Made by a program: the position numbers and the translations under genes. DNA of 32,000 nucleotides from Candidatus Saccharimonadota bacterium (lineage in GTDB: Bacteria; Pseudomonadota; Gammaproteobacteria; Enterobacterales; Enterobacteriaceae), in NCBI RefSeq assembly GCF_000185985.2, contig NC_014909.2, positions 390,001 to 422,000 on the forward strand, given 5' to 3'. Shown here piece by piece: positions 1 to 9,949 of this stretch (positions within the stretch are counted from its first letter, which is position 1; each line of letters begins with the position of its first letter). The notes below the pieces were generated by a model. That model was not told the DNA's origin. It worked only from the letters and a program-made list of their open reading frames with translations, and did no database searches.

Positions 1-22
1 TAGTTAATTTAATTTTATCCCA

Positions 23-78
23 TCCTATTATACCTTTCTGCCTTTTTTTAAAACAGAGAAGCGCAAGGTATAATAGGA
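23..78. other. Long GC-containing inverted repeat / putative bidirectional terminator downstream of ychF
   Basis: Perfect 13-bp arms CCTATTATACCTT (24-36) and AAGGTATAATAGG (65-77), extended by a t23/a78 pair, plus an inner TCTG (37-40)/CAGA (54-57) helix. There is no clean U-run on either strand. Confidence 0.3.
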
Positions 79-125
79 AAGTTATTATCCATGATAATTA
101 ACTAAGTTTCTTAAAATAAGAAATT

Positions 126-1196
126 TTAGATACGAAATAAAAATTTCAAAATGTCTCCATCTTCTACAGAATAAATTTTGCTTTCATTGCGAACTTTTCC
201 ATGTTTCTTTCCTCCTATTTCTCCTTTATTTTCAATAAAATCAGAAAATTTGATTACTTGAACACGAATAAAACCTTTTTTAAAATCACTATGTACCTTA
301 TCTGATACATTAAATGCAGTATCTCCTTTAACACAGGTCCATGCTCGAATCATTTTAGAATTAACAGTAAAAAATGTATTTAATTGTAACAAAGATATAA
401 CATGTTCAATAATAGAATTAAATAATATAGAATATGTATTCTTGCACTCTAAAACTAATTTAGTATTAGAATTTTCTAAACAATATGAAACAATTGGAGC
501 ATAATTTTGATTAGATGTCAGTTTTTGTAATTGTTGAAGATAAATGTTACTTTCACTTTGTTTATTAATATTAGCAATATAAATAACTGGCTTAAAAGTT
601 AAAAAATTAAATTTTTGAATATTTTGTTTTTCTATTAAAGACCATTGAATACTTCTCAAAAGAATACCTTCATATAACTGATCCAAACATTTTTTCAATA
701 TATATAACTGTTGATCATGATTAATACTTGTATATTGCGTTTTATAGTTTTTTTTAATAAAAGAAATATATTTCTCACATTTATCTATATCAAATAAAAT
801 TAATTCCGTATTTATAATATTAATATCTCTACAAGGATCTATATTATTCTTAATATGACAAATATTATCATCATCAAAACAACGTATTACATGACAGAAT
901 ATTTTAATAAATTGTACATGATTTAAAATGTTTGGACCTAAACCTATACCATGTGCAGCACCTTCTATTAAACCAGCAACGTCAGTAAATTCTATTATTT
1001 CATGCACTATTTTATGTGTATGTACTATACGATTTAATTCATACAAACGAAATTCAGGGATTTTTACTACCGCAATATTAGGCTGAATAGTACAAAAAGG
1101 GAAATTAGCTATTTTAACAGGTATTTTAGTTAAAACTTTAAATAACGTCGATTTACCTACATTAGGCAAACCAATAATCCCGCAACTAATCTTCAT
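126..1196 (-). CDS. ychF: Ribosome-binding ATPase YchF (Obg-family GTPase/ATPase)
   Basis: 356-aa ORF collinear with E. coli YchF (363 aa). Shares the P-loop GLPNVGKSTLF and the C-terminal TGS-like end (GFIR...F.DF...G...EGK.Y.V.DGD...F). Confidence 0.95.
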   Translation of the reverse strand: MKISCGIIGLPNVGKSTLFKVLTKIPVKIANFPFCTIQPNIAVVKIPEFRLYELNRIVHTHKIVHEIIEFTDVAGLIEGAAHGIGLGPNILNHVQFIKIFCHVIRCFDDDNICHIKNNIDPCRDINIINTELILFDIDKCEKYISFIKKNYKTQYTSINHDQQLYILKKCLDQLYEGILLRSIQWSLIEKQNIQKFNFLTFKPVIYIANINKQSESNIYLQQLQKLTSNQNYAPIVSYCLENSNTKLVLECKNTYSILFNSIIEHVISLLQLNTFFTVNSKMIRAWTCVKGDTAFNVSDKVHSDFKKGFIRVQVIKFSDFIENKGEIGGKKHGKVRNESKIYSVEDGDILKFLFRI

Positions 1197-1325
1197 AATA
1201 TAAAAAAACTTTAATTATTTATGTATAAAACACAGATACACATGATCATCAAAATAATTTTGATCTCAATATAGTTCATTGTAAAATAAAAAAATATTAA
1301 TATTTTAAAAATATTAGTTAATCGT

Positions 1326-1909
1326 TCATATTTTAGGGTGCAATTGATTCATGACTTTAACAAATTTATCAAATATTATATCTTCGATACATAATATCGC
1401 TTGATTCATGATAAAATCAATTTTTTTTTTTCATGAATAGAAGGAGAACTTAATACAAAATTTACAATTTCATTTTTATTTTTAGGACGTCCAATGCCTA
1501 TACGTAAACGATAAAAACCGTATTGGTTGCTTAGGTTATTAATAATATTTTGAATTCCACGATGACTTTCATATAATTTATTCCCTAACTTTATCCTGAT
1601 CATCCCAGGAGATAAATCTAATTCGTCATGAACTACCAATAATTCTTTTAAATCTAGCCGATATAACTTCATATATTTATATACCGCTAACCCACTCTCA
1701 TTAATGTAAGAATTAGGAATTAGTAATTGCACTGTCATTGACTTACATATCGTAAGTGATCCTATAAATCCAGATAAAATTTTATCTAATTTCAAATTAA
1801 CTTTATATTTTTTTGTCAGCATATGAATATACCGATGACCTATACTATGTCTAGTATTTATATACTCAGCCCCAATATTTCCTATCCCCACAATAAGTTT
1901 TATTGTCAT
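1326..1909 (-). CDS. pth: Peptidyl-tRNA hydrolase, interrupted by a frameshift at an A11 tract (frame 0 = 1406..1909, 167 aa; conserved C-terminus continues in another frame to a TGA at 1326-1328)
   Basis: The N-terminal 167 aa align with E. coli Pth (MTIKLIVG.GN.G.EY..TRH..G, HDELDL.PG, RLRIGIG.P). After the A-run, the other frame reads IDFIMNQAILCIEDIIFDKFVKVMNQLHPKI*, which aligns with E. coli [34 protein letters not shown]. One extra A gives 194 aa, the E. coli length. Confidence 0.85.
1421..1431 (-). repeat. Homopolymeric A11 tract (coding strand) at the pth frameshift site
   Basis: Eleven consecutive T on the + strand (1421-1431). Codons read GAA AAA AAA AAA TTG in frame 0. The conserved downstream frame starts at ATT (1421-1419). 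Confidence 0.95.
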
Positions 1910-2039
1910 ATTAAATAAAATATAAAATTTGAAACACTATACTGTTTATTAAAAATGCCATTAAGCATATCAGATTTAATTATTAAAATAATAAGCATTT
2001 AAAAATACTTTATTGTATTCATACAAATAATAATATTTT

Positions 2040-2984
2040 TTATATTCGATACTCAAACATAGCAGAAATTGATTCTTCATTGCTAATACGACGAATTGTT
2101 TCTGCAAGCATACCTGATAAAGTTAAAGTACGTATATTAGGTAATTTTTGTATTACTATTTTTAATGGAATAGTATCACAAACGATAATTTCATCAATCA
2201 TAGATTTTTGTATATTTTCATAAGCATTTCCAGAAAAAATAGGATGAGTAGCATACGCAAATATTCGACCTGCTCCTCTTTCTTTTAGCACATCTGCAGC
2301 TTTACATAATGTTCCTCCTGTATCAATCATATCATCCACTAAAATACAATCACGATTACATACATCTCCAATAATATGCATAATTTGAGAAATATTAGCT
2401 CTAGGTCTTCTTTTATCTATTATTGCCATATCAGTATCATTAAGTAATTTAGCAATAGCTCTAGCCCGAATTACTCCACCAATATCGGGAGACACAATTA
2501 TAGGATTATTAAAATTTTGTCGAAACATATCTTCTAATAAAATAGGACTACCAAACACATTGTCTACTGGAACATCAAAAAAACCTTGTATTTGCTCAGC
2601 ATGTAAATCTACTGTTAAAATACGATCTACCCCAACACTAGATAAAAAATTTGCTACTACCCGTGAGGTAATTGGTACTCTAGCAGAACGTACTCGTCTA
2701 TCTTGACGAGCATATCCAAAATATGGAATCACAGCAGTAATTCTGGCAGCAGATGCTCGTCTTAACGCATCTACCATAACAATTAATTCCATTAAATTAT
2801 CATTTGTAGGTGCACAAGTAGATTGAATAATAAAAATATCTCCACCACGTACATTTTCATTAATCTGAACGCTTACCTCTCCATCGCTGAATCTACCTAC
2901 AGAAGCCTTACCAAGTGTAGTATACAATCGATCTGCAATAAGTTGCGCTAGTTCAGGAATAGCATTGCCAGTAAATAATTTCAT
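2040..2984 (-). CDS. prs: Ribose-phosphate pyrophosphokinase (PRPP synthetase)
   Basis: 314 aa, collinear with E. coli Prs (315 aa). Shares [29 protein letters not shown] and the PRPP loop [11 protein letters not shown]. Confidence 0.96.
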   Translation of the reverse strand: MKLFTGNAIPELAQLIADRLYTTLGKASVGRFSDGEVSVQINENVRGGDIFIIQSTCAPTNDNLMELIVMVDALRRASAARITAVIPYFGYARQDRRVRSARVPITSRVVANFLSSVGVDRILTVDLHAEQIQGFFDVPVDNVFGSPILLEDMFRQNFNNPIIVSPDIGGVIRARAIAKLLNDTDMAIIDKRRPRANISQIMHIIGDVCNRDCILVDDMIDTGGTLCKAADVLKERGAGRIFAYATHPIFSGNAYENIQKSMIDEIIVCDTIPLKIVIQKLPNIRTLTLSGMLAETIRRISNEESISAMFEYRI

Positions 2985-3097
2985 AATAAGTAATACATTT
3001 GTACCTTATTGTAAAAAAATTAATAAATAAATAACTAAATATAATATTTTTATAATTAAAATAACCATACAGATATCATGCAAACATAATTTATTCC

Positions 3098-3961
3098 TTA
3101 AATTTTGATCTTTGATAAAATTTGATGTACGGGAGAGATATAAATTCCTCGTACTACAATACTTTTAATCCAATTTGGTAAATATTTTTGACTTTGACAA
3201 GCTAAATATCTATTATAAAATTCAAAAAAAATACAAGCCCCTGTCCCTGTTAATCGAGCTGATGCATAATTAGATAAATAAAAAAAATACTTTTTTATTT
3301 CAGGAAACATGTTTTTTACAATTGGCTCTAAATCATTAGAAAATGGAGTATTCAGTAATTTTTCTACTGAACGATATGGAGAGTAATAATTAAATGCAGA
3401 TCTATACACATCAAACACCCAAGTCGTATTGATATAAATTGGAGGTATAATAATTAAATACCACCGTTCAGGTAAAAATATTGATACTAATTTTTCTCCA
3501 ATACCTTCAGAAAAAGCTGAATATCCATTAATAAATACTGGTATATCTGCCCCTAACATTAATCCTAAACGCATAAGTACTTTTTTTTCCAAAAAACATC
3601 GCCATTCTTGATTAAGAATCATCAATGTAGTAGCAGCGTTAGAAGATCCTCCACCTAAACCTGAACCTATAGGTAATTTTTTATGTAAAATAATATCTAC
3701 TCCTGGTTTCTTTTGGCACGATCTGAAACAAAATTTACGTAACAGTTTAGCAGCTTGTATAACTAAATTATTATTAGATATAATATTATTATTTGTATTA
3801 AATAGTCGAATACACCCATTTTTTGTTACAAAAAATTTCATATTGTCCCCATAATCTAACAATCGAAATAATGTTTGCAAATAGTGATAGCCATCTGAAC
3901 GACGACCGGTCACATATAAAAATAAATTTAGTTTTCCTGGAGATACCACCCATTGATGCAT
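3098..3961 (-). CDS. ispE: 4-diphosphocytidyl-2-C-methyl-D-erythritol kinase
   Basis: Has the GHMP-kinase motif PIGSGLGGGSSNAA. MHQWVVSPGKLNLFLYVTG aligns with the E. coli IspE N-terminus MRTQWPSPAKLNLFLYITG, so I place the start at ATG 3961. The track's TTG at 3976 would overlap lolB. Confidence 0.92.
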   Translation of the reverse strand: MHQWVVSPGKLNLFLYVTGRRSDGYHYLQTLFRLLDYGDNMKFFVTKNGCIRLFNTNNNIISNNNLVIQAAKLLRKFCFRSCQKKPGVDIILHKKLPIGSGLGGGSSNAATTLMILNQEWRCFLEKKVLMRLGLMLGADIPVFINGYSAFSEGIGEKLVSIFLPERWYLIIIPPIYINTTWVFDVYRSAFNYYSPYRSVEKLLNTPFSNDLEPIVKNMFPEIKKYFFYLSNYASARLTGTGACIFFEFYNRYLACQSQKYLPNWIKSIVVRGIYISPVHQILSKIKI

Positions 3962-3963
3962 TA

Positions 3964-4581
3964 TCACATACTCCAATTATTTATATGTAATTTAATGAAA
4001 TATTTTTCATAATGTATTTCTAAAATTTTAGGCAACATAGGTTTATTATTAGTAAAATAAAGTCGATAAAAAATACATATATTTTTATTATCATACAAAC
4101 AATTTACTTTAGATAAAGTACCCATACTATTTAAATAATATTTTGAGTGATAACCAGGCAAACCTAAAATCCAAGATTGTAATTGTTCTTTAAAAAAATT
4201 AGTATTTGTTAACCATACTCGAACATTGTTTTTAAATTCTTCATCTTGAAACATTAAATTTGATGTAACGTATATTATACCGTTCTTCAAGGAAATAGAA
4301 ATAATAGTTAAACCAAAAATATTAAATAATTTAATATTACAATTATTGTTATCATTCTGAGTCCAAATAAAATTTAAATACATTTTTTGTTTAGAATTAA
4401 CTTTATAAACAATATTACCTTGAATGTGATAATAAAATATTTTCGAAATTAATTGCTGATGCATACTCCAAGAATTCATCAACCTTTTTTTTTCAAAAAC
4501 AGAATCGTAATTATGTACACAAGCAGTACATATTAGCACTGCAATATTTAATAATTGAAAAAAATATATATTTTGATACAT
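3964..4581 (-). CDS. lolB: Outer-membrane lipoprotein receptor LolB
   Basis: 205 aa. Signal peptide with lipobox ..LICTAC (E. coli LTAC) and a conserved QSWILGLPG motif (E. coli RQWILGLPG). Sits in the syntenic position upstream of ispE-prs. Confidence 0.88.
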   Translation of the reverse strand: MYQNIYFFQLLNIAVLICTACVHNYDSVFEKKRLMNSWSMHQQLISKIFYYHIQGNIVYKVNSKQKMYLNFIWTQNDNNNCNIKLFNIFGLTIISISLKNGIIYVTSNLMFQDEEFKNNVRVWLTNTNFFKEQLQSWILGLPGYHSKYYLNSMGTLSKVNCLYDNKNICIFYRLYFTNNKPMLPKILEIHYEKYFIKLHINNWSM

Positions 4582-5096
4582 CAGAACAATAACTACAATA
4601 TAATAAATTATTTATCCATAATGATATAATAATACTATTTTATAGTGTTTATATTAAATATAAACAACTTAAATTAATCTTTATTTATTATATAAAAATT
4701 TAAATAATAAACAAAAATATCAACACAATATTTTATATAAATTCATAATACTTTGCGCTACGGGATTTATTTATTTAATTATTTAATTTTGAGCTAATTG
4801 ACAACTAAAATTTTACAAATATAATTGATTTAAAAAATAAAAATTATGATTATAAAATATTATATTAATAATATTGAATAAATCTAAAATATCAATACAA
4901 TTCTAATCAATAGAAATTTATCATCTTTGATAAAGAGAATAAAATAATACAAAGTACATTATTACTAACTGTTACATATATTTTGTTTTATTAGATTATG
5001 ATCATAATTTAAATAATATAAACAATATTTAATATCATTAAAATATTAAATATTATCTAATATTAGAGGCTGCATTTATAGTTAAATCAAAAATGT
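4582..5096. other. Non-coding AT-rich spacer at the position occupied by hemA in E. coli (lolB / hemA-prfA-prmC)
   Basis: 515 bp with no ORF in the track and stops in all frames. The flanking genes are the E. coli neighbours of hemA. Confidence 0.6.
4798..4825 (+). promoter_or_regulatory. Consensus sigma70 promoter (TTGACA-16 bp-TATAAT) facing prfA-prmC
   Basis: TTGACA at 4798-4803, a 16-bp spacer, then TATAAT at 4820-4825. Both hexamers are perfect. By my rough composition estimate, fewer than one such combination is expected per 32 kb on both strands. It lies about 270 bp upstream of the prfA ATG. Confidence 0.45.
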
Positions 5097-6179
5097 ATGT
5101 TACATGACATTATAATAAACAAATTAACTATTTTACAAGAACGGTTTTATAAATTAAAACAACTAATTGAACATCCAAATCATATTCAAAACAATAAAGA
5201 TTTTCATTCCATATCTAAAGAATATGCTCATCTTGCTCATATAGTGACCTATTTTGAACAATGGTTAAATATACAAAAAGAAATTCTTCACACTAAAGAA
5301 ATACTTACTGATATAGATCTGCATGATCTTGCATTAGATGAATTAAAAAAATTAAATATAATAGAAAATAATCTTGAAAAAAAAATTAAAATTCTATTAT
5401 TGCCAACAGACCCTAATGATAAATATGGTTGTTTTATTGAACTACGAGCCGGTACTGGTGGAAAAGAAGCAGCTATATTTTCTGGAGAATTATTTCGAAT
5501 GTATACGCGTTACGCAGAAACACAACGATGGAATATAGAAATTATTCATGCTACATATGGAGAATATGGAGGTTATAAAGAAATTATTGCAAAAATTTCC
5601 TGTAATGGAGCTTATAATCAATTAAAATTTGAATCTGGAGGACATCGGGTTCAAAGAGTACCATATACTGAATCACAAGGACGTATTCATACCTCTACTT
5701 GCACAGTAGCTGTAATTCCAAAAATACCTGACATTAAATTACCTAATATTAACCCTAATGATTTAAGAATCGATACTTTTCGATCATCAGGAGCAGGAGG
5801 ACAACATGTAAATACAACAGATTCAGCAATTCGAATTACTCATATCCCTAGCGGACTATCTGTAGAATGTCAAGATGAACGATCTCAACATAAGAATAAA
5901 TCTAAAGCATTGTCAATATTACGTTCTAGATTATATGCAATGAATATTAAACGTCGAAAAATTGAAGAATCTAATTTTAGACGCAACTTGATAGGTTCTG
6001 GAGATCGTTCCGACCGGATACGTACATACAATTTTCAACAAGGACGAGTTACTGACCATCGTATCGATTTTACATCATATAAATTAAGTGATGTTATGGA
6101 CGGAGCTTTAGGAATTTTAATAAAACCTATTATATGTAAATATCGTTCTAAACTAATAGATCAATTAACACAATTATAA
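5097..6179 (+). CDS. prfA: Peptide chain release factor 1
   Basis: 360 aa, collinear with E. coli RF1. Shares the GGQ motif ([21 protein letters not shown]) and the ESQGRIHTS codon-recognition region. Confidence 0.97.
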   Translation: MLHDIIINKLTILQERFYKLKQLIEHPNHIQNNKDFHSISKEYAHLAHIVTYFEQWLNIQKEILHTKEILTDIDLHDLALDELKKLNIIENNLEKKIKILLLPTDPNDKYGCFIELRAGTGGKEAAIFSGELFRMYTRYAETQRWNIEIIHATYGEYGGYKEIIAKISCNGAYNQLKFESGGHRVQRVPYTESQGRIHTSTCTVAVIPKIPDIKLPNINPNDLRIDTFRSSGAGGQHVNTTDSAIRITHIPSGLSVECQDERSQHKNKSKALSILRSRLYAMNIKRRKIEESNFRRNLIGSGDRSDRIRTYNFQQGRVTDHRIDFTSYKLSDVMDGALGILIKPIICKYRSKLIDQLTQL

Positions 6180-7024
6180 TGATAACTTGGAATAAATGGT
6201 TAAATTTAGCTTGTTTAAAATTAAAGCATTCACTTAGCCCTAAGTTAGATGCAGAACTTTTATTACAAAAAGTAACTAGAAAATCTAAAATACAATTATT
6301 AACATTCGGAGAAACGAACTTAAGCTTTAAACAAATACAAACACTACAACTATTAATTAATCGTCGGTCTCAAGGAGAACCTATTGCTCATATAATTGGG
6401 GTAAAGGAGTTTTGGTCTTTAAATTTTAAGGTATCGCCAGGAGTTTTTATTCCTAGACCAGATACTGAATGTTTAATAGAACAAATATTAAATTTAAATT
6501 TTAATTCTGATAATGTAGAAATTTTAGATTTAGGAACTGGAGTAGGCACAATAGCTTTAACTTTAGCATCAGAACGTCCGTCTTGGAATATTACTGGGAT
6601 AGAACAGCAGAAACAAGCATTAAGTTTAGCTCATAAAAATAAATTATTATTAGATTGTAAAAATGTAAATTTTATATACGGAAATTGGTTTAAATATTTA
6701 AAAAATTCAAAAAAATTTGATCTTATCGTTAGTAATCCACCTTATATTAATAAAAAAGATTTACATTGGCTATCTAAAGATGTATATTTTGAACCTAGAA
6801 ATGCATTAATATCAAAAAATTCAGGATTATCAGATTTAATGATAATTTGTCAATACTCTAAATATTATTTGTGTCCATCTGGATGGATATTTTTAGAGCA
6901 TGGATGGAACCAAGGGAAACAAGTAAGAAATTTATTAAGTAAGCAACAGTTTATTAATATTTGCACAAAATTTGACTATAATAATTGTGAACGTATTACC
7001 TGTGGTCAATGGAAACCTACATAA
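6179..7024 (+). CDS. prmC: Release-factor glutamine N5-methyltransferase
   Basis: 281 aa with the SAM loop LDLGTGVG and the catalytic NPPY motif (VSNPPYI). Its ATG overlaps the prfA stop (TAATG), as in the enterobacterial prfA-prmC operon. Confidence 0.93.
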   Translation: MITWNKWLNLACLKLKHSLSPKLDAELLLQKVTRKSKIQLLTFGETNLSFKQIQTLQLLINRRSQGEPIAHIIGVKEFWSLNFKVSPGVFIPRPDTECLIEQILNLNFNSDNVEILDLGTGVGTIALTLASERPSWNITGIEQQKQALSLAHKNKLLLDCKNVNFIYGNWFKYLKNSKKFDLIVSNPPYINKKDLHWLSKDVYFEPRNALISKNSGLSDLMIICQYSKYYLCPSGWIFLEHGWNQGKQVRNLLSKQQFINICTKFDYNNCERITCGQWKPT

Positions 7025-7084
7025 TAATTTTATAAATAAAACATAATATTGAAATAAATAATACAAAAAATAATTGGAGTGGAT

Positions 7085-7921
7085 ATGAATGATATCATGA
7101 TCAATATTGGAGATATCCAAATTTCAAATGATTTACCATTTGTGTTATTCGGAGGAATGAATGTGCTAGAAGAACATGATACAGTAATGAAAATTTGTGA
7201 ACATTATACTTCTGTTACTAGCAAGTTAAATATACCTTACATATTCAAGGCGTCTTTTGATAAATCAAATAGAACTTCTATTCATTCTTATCGAGGACCA
7301 GGATTAGAATCAGGATTGCATTTATTTCAAATATTGAAAAAAACATTTAATATCAAGCTCATGACTGATGTACATGAAATCAGTCAGGTTAAAGCTGTAT
7401 CAGAAGTAGTAGATGTAATACAATTACCAGCTTTTTTGGCACGACAAACAGATTTAATTAAAGCAATAGCACAAACTGGATCGGTAATAAATATAAAAAA
7501 ACCTCAGTATATGCACCCAACTCAAATTCAATATATAATTCAAAAGTGTCATTCTTTTAATAATTACAATACTATATTATGTGAACGAGGCACGTGTTTT
7601 GGATATGACAATTTAGTTGTAGATATACTAGGATTAAATATAATGCGTAATATTTCAGGAGGATACCCAATTCTTGTAGATGTTACACATTCTTTACAAA
7701 CCCGTACCCCATTAAGCTCTATCTCCGGAGGAAAAGGAAATCAAGTCTTTGATCTTGCTAAAGCAAGCATTGCTGTAGGTATAGCTGGGATATTCTTAGA
7801 AGCTCATCCCTGTCCTGATATAGCCAAATGTGATGGACAATCTGCGCTACCTTTAACGAAATTAGAACATTTTTTAAAACAAATCAAAGCTATTGATAAA
7901 TTAGTTAAATCTTTCAAATAA
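7085..7921 (+). CDS. kdsA: 3-deoxy-8-phosphooctulonate (KDO-8-P) synthase
   Basis: Collinear with E. coli KdsA ([57 protein letters not shown]). The ATG at 7085 gives the same N-terminal length as E. coli and follows TGGAG (7075-7079). The track's GTG at 7079 sits on that SD. Confidence 0.94.
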   Translation: MNDIMINIGDIQISNDLPFVLFGGMNVLEEHDTVMKICEHYTSVTSKLNIPYIFKASFDKSNRTSIHSYRGPGLESGLHLFQILKKTFNIKLMTDVHEISQVKAVSEVVDVIQLPAFLARQTDLIKAIAQTGSVINIKKPQYMHPTQIQYIIQKCHSFNNYNTILCERGTCFGYDNLVVDILGLNIMRNISGGYPILVDVTHSLQTRTPLSSISGGKGNQVFDLAKASIAVGIAGIFLEAHPCPDIAKCDGQSALPLTKLEHFLKQIKAIDKLVKSFK

Positions 7922-8713
7922 AATAAGTAAATAACTTGCAGTTTTTAAGACAATAAATTACAGGTAATAACCTATTTTTAATTAAAAATAAAAAATTCTA
8001 TTTCAGAATCCAATAATTACTTGTATATTTTCTTATAATACAACAACCTATTCTTAATATTATACTTTATGTAATACAATAACGAATAAATTGACACTGT
8101 CAGTACTTCTATTTACCTTGAAATAAGAATTACGTTCTAAATAAATTAATTATTTATATATGTACTAATTAAAATAATACTAATTATTTTTTATTTTAAT
8201 TTAAAACATACAACAACAAATATTAAATATGATATTATGAAATGTACATTTTTGCTACTATATTAGTAAGAGTTATTAGTGATGAAAAATAAGTAAATGC
8301 AAGATAACAAACTAATATCTTCATTATATTGTCATATTAAAATATACCCTGCATTTATCTAGTTTTAAATTACCTTTAGAAGGTATTACCTAATATACTT
8401 AATACATAAAAATTTTTTAAAAATAGTATGATTTTTTATAAAAAATTGTTTAGTAAAATTAGATATAATAATTTTTAAATATACAACACAATAATAATTT
8501 TAAATTTAGAGAAAAAAATTAATTTTAGACTTATTGATAATTCAATTATACTAAATAAGAATAAAATTCTAATTAAACATAATATAATATAAAAAAAGTT
8601 TATAAACTTAAACAATAAAACAGATTTCATATGTATACATTTAAAAAGCATTAAATATATAATATACCTGTTAATTTAATATAAAAGTAATCATTAAGAT
8701 AAACCTGATTATT
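7922..8713. other. 792-bp non-coding AT-rich spacer at a synteny break (kdsA | thrS), at the position where the missing thrS 5' third would lie
   Basis: No ORF of 60 aa or more in any frame. The thrS frame is closed by a TAA at 8672. I saw no GC-rich patch that would suggest a structured RNA. Confidence 0.5.
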
Positions 8714-9949
8714 ATGGATAATCACTTTCAACAATACAAAAAAAAAGATCATCGTACCCTTTCAAATCAACTAGATTTATTTCATACACAAGACGATGCT
8801 CCAGGTATGATATTTTGGCATAAAAATGGGTGGATTATTTTTCAAGAATTAAAAAAATTTATTAGAAAAAAACTTCAACAATATCAATATCAAGAAGTAA
8901 AAAGTCCAATTATGATCGATCAGGAATTATGGAAAAAAACGGGACATTGGGATAATTATTATGAACATATATTCATTACTGCTTCAGAAAATCGTACATA
9001 TTGCATTAAACCTATGAATTGTCCAGGCCATATTCAAATTTTTAATTATGGTATAAAATCATATAAAGATTTACCTCTTCGTATAGCAGAATTTGGTCAT
9101 TGTCATAGAAATGAACCTTCTGGATCACTACACGGCCTTATGAGAATAAGAGAATTTACACAAGATGATGCGCATATTTTTTGTTCTATCGAACAAATAC
9201 CAACTGAATTAAACTATTGCATAAAAATGATGTATGATGTTTATCATACATTTGGTTTTAAAAAAATAATAGTTAAATTATCCACTCGACCAATAAAAAG
9301 AATTGGGGAAGATTCAATATGGGATATTACGGAACAATGTTTAGTTCATATTCTTCAAAAAAAGAACATCGAATTTACATATCAACCTCAAGATGGAGCT
9401 TTTTACGGACCTAAAATAGAATTTATTTTACTTGATTCTTTAAAAAGAGCTTGGCAATGCGGTACAGTACAATTAGATTTTTCTTTACCTAAATTACTAA
9501 AGGCTAAATACATAGATAACAATAACAAATATCAAATTCCAGTAATGATTCATAGAGCTATTTTAGGATCTATAGAAAGATTTATTGGTTTGATCACTGA
9601 GGAATATTCAGGTTTTTTACCAACATGGTTGGCTCCTACGCAAATTGTTTTAATGAATGTTACTGATGCACAATCTTTATATGTAACTAATATAGCGAAT
9701 AGGTTAAAATTTGAGAATTTCAGAGTACAAATAGATTTAAGGAATGAAAAAATAGGATGTAAAATTCGATTACATACCATGCATAGAGTACCTTATATGA
9801 TAATATGTGGAAATTCAGAAGTAGATCACGGTACAATATCTATACGTACTTTCCGAGGTAGAAAAATTAACAATTATAATATAGATACATTTATACAAAA
9901 ATTAAAACAAGAAATTAATACTTATAATTTTAATCAATTGGAGGAATAG
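8714..9949 (+). CDS. thrS: Threonyl-tRNA synthetase, catalytic core plus anticodon-binding domain only (N-terminal TGS/editing domains absent)
   Basis: The 411-aa ORF aligns end to end with roughly residues 237-642 of E. coli ThrRS (642 aa), from KDHR..S.QLDL.H.Q..APGM.FWH to the C-terminal QLEE. The zinc ligand contexts are kept ([30 protein letters not shown]). Confidence 0.9.
   Translation: MDNHFQQYKKKDHRTLSNQLDLFHTQDDAPGMIFWHKNGWIIFQELKKFIRKKLQQYQYQEVKSPIMIDQELWKKTGHWDNYYEHIFITASENRTYCIKPMNCPGHIQIFNYGIKSYKDLPLRIAEFGHCHRNEPSGSLHGLMRIREFTQDDAHIFCSIEQIPTELNYCIKMMYDVYHTFGFKKIIVKLSTRPIKRIGEDSIWDITEQCLVHILQKKNIEFTYQPQDGAFYGPKIEFILLDSLKRAWQCGTVQLDFSLPKLLKAKYIDNNNKYQIPVMIHRAILGSIERFIGLITEEYSGFLPTWLAPTQIVLMNVTDAQSLYVTNIANRLKFENFRVQIDLRNEKIGCKIRLHTMHRVPYMIICGNSEVDHGTISIRTFRGRKINNYNIDTFIQKLKQEINTYNFNQLEE

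Noticed and set aside
3962-3976. TTG-initiated 5-codon extension of ispE that would overlap the lolB 3' end
   Set aside because: The ATG at 3961 reproduces the E. coli IspE N-terminal length and abuts the lolB stop without overlap.
4647-4665. Perfect 19-bp palindrome GTTTATATT-A-AATATAAAC in the lolB-prfA spacer
   Set aside because: It is nearly pure A/T, and the expected chance count is about one per window. It cannot be distinguished from compositional noise.
7079-7084. GTG start for kdsA proposed by the ORF track
   Set aside because: The GTG overlaps the TGGAG ribosome-binding site. The ATG at 7085 gives an N-terminus of the same length as E. coli KdsA.
6935-7120. 61-aa minus-strand ORF spanning the prmC end and kdsA start
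   Set aside because: It is antisense to two well-supported conserved genes, has a low-complexity I/L/Y/F-rich translation typical of AT-rich antisense frames, and resembles nothing I recognise.
7922-8713. Hidden structured RNA gene (tmRNA, RNase P RNA, 6S or similar) or thrS operator in the large kdsA-thrS spacer
   Set aside because: RNA genes in AT-rich symbionts stand out as GC-enriched islands, and none is visible here. Only short weak hairpins are present (e.g. TACCTT-TAG-AAGGTA at 8371-8385), and there is no tRNA-Thr anticodon-arm mimic.
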